A stretch of 64,000 nt of DNA from a virus. Each line of letters opens with the position of its first letter. The stretch's first letter is position 1. Below are positions 43,721 through 52,210 of the stretch, in pieces. Position numbers and translations under genes: made by a program. The stretch lies in IMG/VR virus record IMGVR_UViG_3300045988_095842. One strand, written 5' to 3'. A model generated the notes under the pieces. The model did not search any database. It was not told the origin of the DNA and saw only the letters and a program-made list of their open reading frames with translations.

Positions 43721-45132
43721 CTATAGCATCGAATCTATGTTGAACATTCCATAGTTTGCCAGCTCATCAAATGCGGATGACGTAGCATCCACCATGTCCT
43801 TAAACTTTGAATCCGGAAAACTCTCAAGCTGTGAGAAGTAATCGTCATTCCATTCTCCCTGCACAACATCAAAGAACCCATGCTGCCATTGCGCAGCTAC
43901 AGGCGTTGCCCGGAACGTCTTATCTCCTGTCTCTGTCCGTGCAGAAACATCAAATCCGGCAAGTTCAGACACAAAAAAAGCCGCCTGACTCTTTCCGGCT
44001 TGTCCGGGGTCCTGCGGAATTCTGACTTTCACATATCCATATGATGCTCTATCCGAAATTGCTGTGTTTTTAATCAGCGATAATACTTCTCCTGCAGCAA
44101 GCCTCATGTTTATTACATCAAGGATTGCGTATCTGTTATTTTTCAACACCGCCATGAGAACGCCTGCTGTATATGCAGGATCTCCGTTCTCATCCTCTGA
44201 AGTAGCCGCCAGATCCCATCCACGACACATCGCAATAATGTCGTCCTTGCGGATCTGTTCCTTTTGAATCAGCTTGACCTGTCCCCTCTGGAACATTAAC
44301 CCTGCATGGTTCCGGATCTTCCAGTTTCCATTCAGAAGGCGTTCTCTCTCTACCATCGGAAGGTTGAGAAGGTTCGTCATATACTGAGGATTCGTCCTCA
44401 GCAGTTCTTTATTGTCCTGGACAGAAGAAGGTATGAATGTAACTGATTTTGCGACAAACGGAAGAAGATCCTCTGTCACTCCATCTTCCCTTGCATACAG
44501 GATTGCATCGTCTTTATTATCAAACCAGTGAATTACGCCCTTTAACCGGACCATCCACCGGATTACTCCAGCTCTTTCTTTAATCGGATATCCGGAATCC
44601 TGATCTATCCACCATGAAATAAATTTCGCCACCCAGGAATCAGAATCCGGATTGCATGTTGCCCTGATATACGGCTGAACACCACATATAGAACGGTTTC
44701 TGGACAGCATATAGAAGAACTGATACTCGCTGAAGTGACATAACTCATCAAACTCGATCAGACATATCTGAGATCCCTGCCATTGCTCACAATCTTCATT
44801 CCTGGACAGATGAGCGAATGTAATCGATGCTCCAGACTGAAATGACCAATGCATCTTCGGTGTCTTTCCGGAATGCGCTCCCTTAACAAAGGGATATATT
44901 TCTCTTGCAGAGTCCCAAAGACCTCCAGGAGCCGTAATCTGTGTATAGGCGTGACGCAGGATCAGCACATTGAATTTTGGATTATCAATATGCCTTAACG
45001 GTTCAAGAAGCTCTGCGAACGTCTTCCCGCCGGTCAGCCGCCCGCGGCGCCGCCATATACCACAATGTCTGCACTGGAAGACAAAAACGCTTCCTGCGGA
45101 CCTGGCTGCGGAGCAAATACCGTGGACATTTG
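43721..45132 (-). CDS. terL: terminase large subunit, interrupted by an apparent -1 frame change in the Walker A region
   Basis: Frame A (45132->45034): MSTVFAPQPGPQEAFLSSSADIVVYGGAAGG*. Frame B continues LTGGKTFAELLEPLRHIDNPKFNVLILRH... into ORF 43721..44968. Confidence 0.7.
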
Positions 45133-45157
45133 ATCACCCCCTTCCGTCACCACATAC

Positions 45158-45508
45158 TCATTCTGCGTCCGGTCTTCCGTTATCAGGGATATAGATCTGT
45201 ACTCCCTGCTCTGCTGTAACGCCAAGCCTTACATCGTCTTTCTGTCCCAGGTACTGCTTTCCGAGGAATATTGCCATGGATGCTGACTTGTCTGCCAGCT
45301 TCCACTGCTTTCTTCTCAGTGAGATTTTGCCAGCCGCCCGGTATTCCGCAAAAACATCCGCAAAACTCCTGTGATATGTTCTCTTGCACCATCGCTCAAT
45401 TGTGTCTGTCGAACATTTGAACCAGCATGCTATTTCTTCCAATGTGCACTGTAAACTACATAGGTTTTCGAACACTCCTTTGTCTATTTTTGTTCTCGGT
45501 CTTGCCAT
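45158..45508 (-). CDS. terS: terminase small subunit
   Basis: Contains MARPRTKIDKGVFENLCSLQCTLEEIACWFKCSTDTIERW (HTH) and lies directly upstream of terL. Confidence 0.6.
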   Translation of the reverse strand: MARPRTKIDKGVFENLCSLQCTLEEIACWFKCSTDTIERWCKRTYHRSFADVFAEYRAAGKISLRRKQWKLADKSASMAIFLGKQYLGQKDDVRLGVTAEQGVQIYIPDNGRPDAE

Positions 45509-45510
45509 AT

Positions 45511-45954
45511 CTACCACTCATATCCGCATTTTGGACACTTGTGTGTCTTGCGGAGCTCCTTTTCTATGTTCTCCTTCTCCGACTTGAACCCAAAATCAGC
45601 CATATTAAATATGTCTTTCAGTTCCATTAACTCCTGATGGAGCTTGTCCTTATCCCAAACCGCAATTTCAGCAACCTTGTTATCTGCCAGTCGGAATGCT
45701 GTTACCTGTTCCTCTGTAAGGTCATCTGCAATAATTGTCGGTACATTTTCAATCCCAAGCTGCTGTGCTGCAAGGAACCTCGTATGACCACAGATGATTA
45801 CATTTTCCTTATCCAGGATGATGGGATTCAGGAATCCAAATTCCTTAATGGAATTGCGGACTGACTTCACCGCTTTTTCATTCCGTCTTGGGTTATTCTC
45901 GTAGTAATAAATACTATCCAGCGGTTTATATACGATCTTTAATTCTTTAGCCAT
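45511..45954 (-). CDS. ParB-like nuclease domain protein with a C-terminal zinc ribbon
   Basis: Contains YYENNPRRNEKAVKSVRNSIKEFGF...CGHTRFLAAQQLG and ends HKCPKCGYEW. Confidence 0.7.
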   Translation of the reverse strand: MAKELKIVYKPLDSIYYYENNPRRNEKAVKSVRNSIKEFGFLNPIILDKENVIICGHTRFLAAQQLGIENVPTIIADDLTEEQVTAFRLADNKVAEIAVWDKDKLHQELMELKDIFNMADFGFKSEKENIEKELRKTHKCPKCGYEW

Positions 45955-46964
45955 TGCTCATACACCTCCACCGCTATATTTGCCTCCATATTCGGAGGAA
46001 CGCTCATTCCGCATACATACTGAGGATCGTTCCCGCAGAAGTCATAATCCTGTGGGAAGGTCTGTACATTTCTAAAGTCATTTCCGCAGAACAACTCCTT
46101 GTCGCAAAACCTCCAGAAATCCCCACTTGATGTAATTGCCTGGACGACTTCATTATCTCCGGTAATTCTCGTACTGAAATACTGGTTTTTCTTTCCGGTC
46201 AATCTCTTATAAACCTCTTCTCCAGAAGTTTCTCCGGGAAGTGCTCTATCCACCAATTGTTTTGTCACACTATTTGGAGTTCCCTTTATTCCGTGCTCTG
46301 CTCGCACCTCTTTGAATGGAATCCTGTCATAATGGAAGTCCAGTTTCAGTTTCGGATATCCCATCCGGTTTGCTATGAAGAACACTCTGTGTCTTGCGGT
46401 CGGACAATCCATCCTTGCAGCATTCAGCTTAAATATCTGCACATCATATCCAAGTTCCTTGAACCGCTTCAGGATCTGATTGACATAGCCCTTTGCATTA
46501 CCGGTCAGAAGACCAGGAACATTTTCTGCAATTACAACCTTCGGCTTCAGTTTTTCAACTGTATCCAGAAAAAACAAAAAGAGGTCATCAAGCACTTGCG
46601 GTGCCTGACCCTCTCTGAATTTCTTTTTAACGCCCCATCCTTCTTCTCGCTTTCCAACCATGGAAAATGTCGAACATGGAGGCGATCCGTCCAGAATATC
46701 CAGATGATAGAGTTCTTCCGGAATATCAGTCAGTTCATTGAACTTCCGCAGATCCATGTTGAAGTTGTACTTCGGATGGTGGTTTTGGACATACATAGCA
46801 TTGATTTTAGGATCAATTTCAACATTTCCGATCACATGGAAGCCGGCTCTTTTGTATCCCATGGAGGATCCACCGCCACAGCTAAAAGTGGTCAGAACTT
46901 TGACGTCCTTATCCGGATTCAAATCTTTCAGATTCCATTTCCAGTCAAATCTGTGCCCGCTCAT
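45939..46964 (-). CDS. dcm: DNA (cytosine-5)-methyltransferase
   Basis: Motif I FSCGGGSSMGY, motif IV GSPPCSTFS, motif VI ENVPGL. Confidence 0.9.
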   Translation of the reverse strand: MSGHRFDWKWNLKDLNPDKDVKVLTTFSCGGGSSMGYKRAGFHVIGNVEIDPKINAMYVQNHHPKYNFNMDLRKFNELTDIPEELYHLDILDGSPPCSTFSMVGKREEGWGVKKKFREGQAPQVLDDLFLFFLDTVEKLKPKVVIAENVPGLLTGNAKGYVNQILKRFKELGYDVQIFKLNAARMDCPTARHRVFFIANRMGYPKLKLDFHYDRIPFKEVRAEHGIKGTPNSVTKQLVDRALPGETSGEEVYKRLTGKKNQYFSTRITGDNEVVQAITSSGDFWRFCDKELFCGNDFRNVQTFPQDYDFCGNDPQYVCGMSVPPNMEANIAVEVYEQWLKN

Positions 46965-47479
46965 TCCTCTTCCCCCTTTTTATCGTTGAATCGGAATCCG
47001 CAGATCGGACACTCGCAGTTAAACATTTCGTCCTCAAAGTCATCCAGACTGACTTCCTCAGAATCATCGATGTTCTGCTCTTTGACATTTTCATTTAAAG
47101 CTTCATCGAGGGAATCAAATCCAAACTGTCCCATGTCGATCTCTTCAATCTTGTCCAGTTCTTCGTCCAGTTTGTTGTATTCCCACTTGGCCTCTTCCTG
47201 CGTTTTATTATCAACAAGTCGATACGCCTGTACCTGCTCAGAAGACAGATCCTCCGTACAAATAGTCGGAACCTCATCCATGCCAAGCTCTTTTGCAGCA
47301 AGATATCTTGTGTGACCGGCAACGATCGTCCCTGCCAGATCTACGATAATAGGAACCTTGAATCCGAATTCTTTGATTGAAGCCGCCACTCTCGGAACCG
47401 CTGCTGCATTTTCTCTCGGGTTGTTTTCATACGGATGAAGGTCATCCAGCTTCATCATCGTAATTTTCAGCTCTTTCAT
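46961..47479 (-). CDS. ParB-like nuclease domain protein with a C-terminal zinc ribbon (second copy)
   Basis: Contains LHPYENNPRENAAAVPRVAASIKEFGF...AGHTRYLAAKELG and ends CECPICGFRF. Confidence 0.7.
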   Translation of the reverse strand: MKELKITMMKLDDLHPYENNPRENAAAVPRVAASIKEFGFKVPIIVDLAGTIVAGHTRYLAAKELGMDEVPTICTEDLSSEQVQAYRLVDNKTQEEAKWEYNKLDEELDKIEEIDMGQFGFDSLDEALNENVKEQNIDDSEEVSLDDFEDEMFNCECPICGFRFNDKKGEEE

Positions 47480-47513
47480 GCTTTCTCGTCCTTTCATCTT
47501 CGCCAGAAGGAAA

Positions 47514-47546
47514 TAAAAAAAGGACTCATACCGAAGTATGAATCCT
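47514..47546 (-). terminator. strong Rho-independent terminator
   Basis: Hairpin AGGATTCATAC-TTCG-GTATGAGTCCT followed by T7 on the minus strand. Confidence 0.6.
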
Positions 47547-47799
47547 CGCGCTCTTTATTATGCCAGTGGAACAGGTGCTGTAGATTTGTCTTAACAGGGT
47601 GTTTGGGAGAAATCAAAATGGCACTCATTTTCTGGAAATAAGGCGGCTCGGACCCCAAGCCGCCTTATTGATCCGAAAGGAGCAGCGTATGCGTGGCCTC
47701 TTCCTACTGGCACTTTACATGATAGCATCGTCCAAACGACAACGTAAACGACATATTTACGACATTGATAATTTTCGTCCATTCCAGTTAATGCATTGA

Positions 47800-48222
47800 T
47801 CATTTACCCGTCGAACCAAAGCCATTGCTTCCACGCTCAGAATCCTCAAGGTTTTTGACCTCTCTTACTCCATCGAGAAGCACCGGAATAATGACAATCT
47901 GGGAGATCTTATCCCCTCTCTTAACCTCATAGTCCTGATCACTGTCGTTATATAATTTAACAACGATGCTCCCTGTATATCCGCTGTCAATAACGCCTTC
48001 TCCTCTAAGCCCATGATTAACGTTCAGCCCGCTCTTTGACTTCAGGAAGCCAACGTATCCTTCCGGAATAGCCATGTGCACGCCTGTATCAAATGTCGCT
48101 GAATTATGCTTGTATATGACCTTATCTTCCCTGGAGCGGAGATCCATGCCGGCATCCAGTATATGTGCTCTCTCCGGAAGATATGCTCCCTCATCCAACA
48201 TTACATCAATCTTGTATTTCAT
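47800..48222 (-). CDS. dut: dUTP diphosphatase
   Basis: Contains AGMDLRS ... GLRGEGVIDSGYTGSIVVKLYN ... RGSNGFGSTGK. Confidence 0.9.
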   Translation of the reverse strand: MKYKIDVMLDEGAYLPERAHILDAGMDLRSREDKVIYKHNSATFDTGVHMAIPEGYVGFLKSKSGLNVNHGLRGEGVIDSGYTGSIVVKLYNDSDQDYEVKRGDKISQIVIIPVLLDGVREVKNLEDSERGSNGFGSTGK

Positions 48223-48231
48223 CTGGTCTCC

Positions 48232-48768
48232 TTAGTCAAAATACTCTGAATCCGGCCTCAAAAAGTACGCTACGCTGTCCACAGCCATATACAGATCTCT
48301 CTGCGTCGTTCTTTCAACAACGCCTTCCTTCTCCGCAATCTGAGGAATCGTCCATTCCTGGTCATCAAGGAATCTCATTTTGAGCGACCGGCATTGCCGC
48401 TTCTTTTCATCGCTCGAAGATCTATTGCAAGACGCACAGTACATATCGATAGCATTATCAATATCTCGAAGCTGCACATAATTTCTGACACGTCTCGCCT
48501 GGTCTTCATCCAAAACTCTTTGAATGTTGTCCTCACGGTCTTCCATAAGCCCACGCAAATAGTCATCACGATACTGTTCCACCTCTTCCAGTGTTGGTGG
48601 CGTATTGTCATTCTCGACCACCATCTTGAGATCCTTGTACTTTGTCAGAATCTTCAACATCTTGGCATGAATCGCTTTATGGGTCTTCTTGCTTGCTTTT
48701 TCTTCCTCTTCCTTGCAGATAGTCCGGAGCTTTCTGCAAATTTCGTCCAGCGTAAACTCTTCACTCAA
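48232..48768 (-). CDS. late-gene transcriptional regulator (ArpU/RinA-like, sigma-70 region-4-like HTH)
   Basis: The C-terminus LKMRFLDDQEWTIPQIAEKEGVVERTTQRDL is region-4-like. It is positioned upstream of the packaging genes. Confidence 0.45.
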   Translation of the reverse strand: MSEEFTLDEICRKLRTICKEEEEKASKKTHKAIHAKMLKILTKYKDLKMVVENDNTPPTLEEVEQYRDDYLRGLMEDREDNIQRVLDEDQARRVRNYVQLRDIDNAIDMYCASCNRSSSDEKKRQCRSLKMRFLDDQEWTIPQIAEKEGVVERTTQRDLYMAVDSVAYFLRPDSEYFD

Positions 48769-48965
48769 AGTCCAGTCCCTCTCATCAAATCAAACCACTG
48801 ATAGCACCTCCCATCTGCCGCTCTGACAAAATGAGGATAAATCCCTACTACTGTGATTTCCTTCGGCTTGCAGTCCCCTTCTCTTACCATGACCTGATCT
48901 CCAATATGGATCTGAGCCATGGCATTCTGTATTCTTTCGGGTGTAATAACATTAGTTCTGCGCAT
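48765..48965 (-). CDS. small hypothetical protein
   Basis: A GGAGG RBS precedes MRRTNVITPER. Confidence 0.45.
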   Translation of the reverse strand: MRRTNVITPERIQNAMAQIHIGDQVMVREGDCKPKEITVVGIYPHFVRAADGRCYQWFDLMRGTGL

Positions 48966-49998
48966 TCTTGGTACCTCCGATACGGATTCCTGCATCTTTC
49001 AAATTCTGCACAAGCTCCATAAGCTCTGCCTTTGTTCCAAGAAGCTGCATGTTTACCACACCTCTGAATGCAACATTGTTTTTTCTGATCAGGTCAAGAA
49101 GCATTCCTGCGGTTTCTCCGTTGATGACGACGCTGATTGATGTCATCACCTTCGGATCATCACTCTCCGGAGTTTTTTCGTTCCGGCTTTCCGCACAGGC
49201 TGCTTCCAGTCTGTCTTTCTTTTCTTCCGGCTCTTCTTCGCTTCTCAACGGCTCTTCCTGCTGTTTTTCCTCCGCAGGCATGCCATTTACCACATCTTTG
49301 CCTTCCAGCTTGTTTATGAGCCGTTCTGCCGCCTTCTCGTGGCCTTCTCTTGCTTTTTCCTCTTCCAGTCTCTTCTGCACTGTGCGATGACGGTTCACTT
49401 CCGCAATCGCCATGCCGATGTCATAGGATTTTTCGTACTCGGCAATTGCAATCACCTTTTCGTCATCTGCCAAATTGGAGATGTACTCATACCCGGATCT
49501 GATCGTCTGCACCTTGGCATCGATTTCTTCCTTCACGCGTTTCATGGACACGGATGCATTCAACCAGGAAGCATTGAAAAGCTTTGTAGAATCAACTTTT
49601 TCACTCAGGTCTCCCAGTGCCTCGGAAAACAGGCTCAGAATTTCGGCTTTTTTCCGCTCTTTCTCTTTTTCTTCAAATCCCTTGATCTGCTGATCAATAC
49701 CGGAAATTGCTTCCGTCAACGCCGTAGATACTTCAGCCACCTCTTTTTCAAAAAGGTCATACGGGAGGTTGACAATCTTCTTGACCTGCTTTCTCCGATC
49801 TTCGATCTCCTTCTTCAGCTTGTTCAACTTCGCACGGTCTTTCTTTGCTTCCTGAAGCTGATCTTCGCTATAAGCCAGGTTCTGATAGTCCGCAACAATC
49901 GCATTGATTCCCTCTGCGATCTGCTCCTTGTTCCAGTCGATGTGCTTGAGCCACTGTCCATCCACAGGATTGCTGATTACGAGTGCCAGTTCTTCCAT
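48952..49998 (-). CDS. DUF1351-like recombination-module protein
   Basis: Contains MEELALVISNPVDGQWLKHIDWNKEQIAEGINAIVADYQNLAYSEDQLQEAKKDRAKLNKLKK. Confidence 0.45.
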   Translation of the reverse strand: MEELALVISNPVDGQWLKHIDWNKEQIAEGINAIVADYQNLAYSEDQLQEAKKDRAKLNKLKKEIEDRRKQVKKIVNLPYDLFEKEVAEVSTALTEAISGIDQQIKGFEEKEKERKKAEILSLFSEALGDLSEKVDSTKLFNASWLNASVSMKRVKEEIDAKVQTIRSGYEYISNLADDEKVIAIAEYEKSYDIGMAIAEVNRHRTVQKRLEEEKAREGHEKAAERLINKLEGKDVVNGMPAEEKQQEEPLRSEEEPEEKKDRLEAACAESRNEKTPESDDPKVMTSISVVINGETAGMLLDLIRKNNVAFRGVVNMQLLGTKAELMELVQNLKDAGIRIGGTKNAQN

Positions 49999-50011
49999 CT
50001 TTTCTCCCTTC

Positions 50012-50491
50012 TCAGTCCCAAAGGACCGACAAATCATACCTGTTGTGTACCTGGAGCCGTCTGGAGGGGATCCTCCTTCCGTAATTCTCCGCATCATCCA
50101 CGCTTATGCTTTTCTTCGTGGTGACTCTCTGAAATTCTTCAAACACCCCAATGTCCATCCAAAATGTCTTTTCGTGAGCCCTGAAATTTAATATCAACCC
50201 GGCAGTAGCTCCCCCGATCGCCGAAGCATTATGCAGTGCAATAAGCTGCTCCGGTTTTATCATTGGGCTTACTCCATCGAAGGAAATCGATCTCTCCTTC
50301 GTGCTCTTGAGCTCCATGCAGATCATCTGACCATTCCTGCAAAGGACCGCATCATAAGGACTCTTCAGCGCAAATCTCTGTGTGCTGTGCTCCTTGTCGA
50401 AACCGATTGCGCTGTCATGAAGCCTCAGGTAGTAAACGCTCTTCGGGACGGAATCCTTGATGTCTTTTTCAAACTGCTTTCCCGGATTCAC
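50012..50491 (-). CDS. recU: RecU-like Holliday junction resolvase
   Basis: Contains GKQFEKDIKDSV...PYDAVLCRNGQMICMELKSTK...PEQLIALH...GLILNF. The likely start is a GTG at 50491 preceded by GAGAGGGA. Confidence 0.55.
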   Translation of the reverse strand: MNPGKQFEKDIKDSVPKSVYYLRLHDSAIGFDKEHSTQRFALKSPYDAVLCRNGQMICMELKSTKERSISFDGVSPMIKPEQLIALHNASAIGGATAGLILNFRAHEKTFWMDIGVFEEFQRVTTKKSISVDDAENYGRRIPSRRLQVHNRYDLSVLWD

Positions 50492-51119
50492 GTTCGTCCC
50501 TCTCTTTCCACATGCTCTCAACACGCTGCTCAATCCTTGCGATATCTGCCGGTGTATGATGTTCCTTGCGTCCAACGCTATCTATCCCCTTCACCTTCTC
50601 CGCTTCAAGAAGCCTTGCCGCCTCCTGCTTTTTCCGCTCAATCGCCATGCGAATATCTGTCTGGCCGGCCTTTTCCTGTCGATCTACAACGGACCGGAAA
50701 ATCTTCACAAAATGCGACTGCTCTACGCTTTCAACTGTCTCGGCATCCATCAGGGCAAGCTCTCTGAGATTGGCTGCACTTCCGACCGCCCTCTGACACG
50801 CTTCCGGAAGCTTTGCAAACTCTGTTTCCGCGTTATATCCGCTGTTACGGATCGCAACTCTTACGTGGCTCCACGCTTCCGTTTCCGTCATCTCATTCCC
50901 TGCAATGCGTCGGTACACCCTGCCTGTAATATCGGCAACCGTAGGCGGATAAGGAGAGGTCTTCAGGATTTCCATTACCGCCCTGTTGGCATCCGGATAA
51001 GGGATATCCTTGAGCAGCGCATACCAGACATCCCTTGCATAGTCATCCGGTAAGAAATTTTGAGTCGGATACACAGCTTTCATTCCCTTGACCAAAATCG
51101 AAAATTCCTGCTTCGTCAC
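50469..51119 (-). CDS. helicase loader-like protein (phage G39P family-like)
   Basis: Contains TKQEFSILVKGMKAVYPTQNF...WYALLKDIPYPDANRAVMEILKTSPYPPTVADI. Confidence 0.45.
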   Translation of the reverse strand: MTKQEFSILVKGMKAVYPTQNFLPDDYARDVWYALLKDIPYPDANRAVMEILKTSPYPPTVADITGRVYRRIAGNEMTETEAWSHVRVAIRNSGYNAETEFAKLPEACQRAVGSAANLRELALMDAETVESVEQSHFVKIFRSVVDRQEKAGQTDIRMAIERKKQEAARLLEAEKVKGIDSVGRKEHHTPADIARIEQRVESMWKERDERESGKAV

Positions 51120-51972
51120 TTTGCGCCTCACTTCTTGCCAGCCAATCGTCAACATCGCTTATGCGATTATCAATCCGCTCCAGATACTCGCTCTTTCCTG
51201 TCGTACCTGACCTCGCCCTCTCAAGACGATCCCAGGTAATGCCTTTGTATCCTGACGCCATACACTCCGTAATCAGCTTGACCACAGCATCCTCACCATG
51301 TTTGGCAGTCTTGTCTTTGGCGATGCTGACAAGACTCTTTAAACCGGTTTCCGTAATCGGTGTTCCCTGCTCTCGCCTTGAAACAATCCAGTCAGCAAGC
51401 TTCTCAGCAACACTTTGAACCACTCCAAGCTCCTCAAGTCCTTCAGCCGGAAAATCGCAGATCGTAAGGGGGACTATAGGGGGATTATCCCCATTATTAC
51501 TTTCTTTACCTTCTTCCCTTCTTTTACTTTCTTTACTTTCTTTTGCTTCTTTTCTTTCGTTTCTTTGAGATTGTGTCGGTATCGTGTCACCATCGTGTCG
51601 GTATCGTGTCACCATCGTGTCATCTTCTTGTCGTTCATCGTGTCGGTCTTGATACTTCTCATACTCACAAACCTTGTAAATACAGTGTTTTCCGACCTTT
51701 CTGATTGTGACGCTGTTCGTGTCGATTAAATGCGAAATTGCTGTCCTTACCATGCGCACAGTTAATCCGTTGTTTTCTGCAATAGATGTCAGCGATTCCA
51801 ACACCTCACCGCGCTTCAACTCGATTCCGTGCCAGCTTCCGTCTTGCCATCTCGCCGTAAAAAGAAGGTGGAGAAAAACAATCTTGGTGGCCGGATCGTC
51901 ATACCACTCCCAGGACAGCATCTTCCTGTTCAACTTTATCCAGTTCCCTTCACACATTTCTTTTCTCCACAA
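51043..51972 (-). CDS. replisome organiser / replication initiator (winged-helix N-terminus, DnaD-like C-terminus)
   Basis: Contains WIKLNRKMLSWEWYDDPATKIVFLHLLFTARWQDGSWHG... Iterons are embedded in the central linker coding region. Confidence 0.65.
   Translation of the reverse strand: MWRKEMCEGNWIKLNRKMLSWEWYDDPATKIVFLHLLFTARWQDGSWHGIELKRGEVLESLTSIAENNGLTVRMVRTAISHLIDTNSVTIRKVGKHCIYKVCEYEKYQDRHDERQEDDTMVTRYRHDGDTIPTQSQRNERKEAKESKESKRREEGKESNNGDNPPIVPLTICDFPAEGLEELGVVQSVAEKLADWIVSRREQGTPITETGLKSLVSIAKDKTAKHGEDAVVKLITECMASGYKGITWDRLERARSGTTGKSEYLERIDNRISDVDDWLARSEAQSDEAGIFDFGQGNESCVSDSKFLTG
51573..51644. repeat. phased iterons (candidate phage origin) inside the replisome organiser gene
   Basis: GTGTC cores start at 51573, 51584, 51595, 51606 and 51617 (exact 11-bp spacing), with another at 51640. 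The 22-bp unit GTGTCGGTATCGTGTCACCATC is duplicated. A 70-nt CT-rich tract lies adjacent. Confidence 0.6.
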
Positions 51973-52150
51973 AAATGGAATGAATACGCCGTTTCAAGCG
52001 AAAATTTATGAAACTTTAATACACAAATTGAAACATTCATCCCATAATCACCCCGTTTGTCACTGCATTTATAGAGCAGAAACACTATTTATTAGCCTAA
52101 TTTTATATCGTGTTTACCGCATTGTCAGCATAAAACTATTATTATTTTTT

Positions 52151-52199
52151 ATGTAAACCAAAATGTACCTAAACAATTTAGTACGCATTTGGTTTACAT
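52151..52199. promoter_or_regulatory. 49-bp imperfect palindrome in an AT-rich 240-bp intergenic region (operator or origin-like)
   Basis: ATGTAAACCAAAATG...CATTTGGTTTACAT, with an inner GTAC..TAAA/TTTA..GTAC symmetry. Confidence 0.45.
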
Positions 52200-52210
52200 A
52201 AATAGAATAA

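Noticed and set aside
47591-47803. The 70-aa minus-strand and 66-aa plus-strand track ORFs in the dut-ParB spacer.
   Set aside because: They have no RBS, their Cys/Val/Arg-rich translations look odd, and they overlap stem-loops. The region is treated as non-coding.
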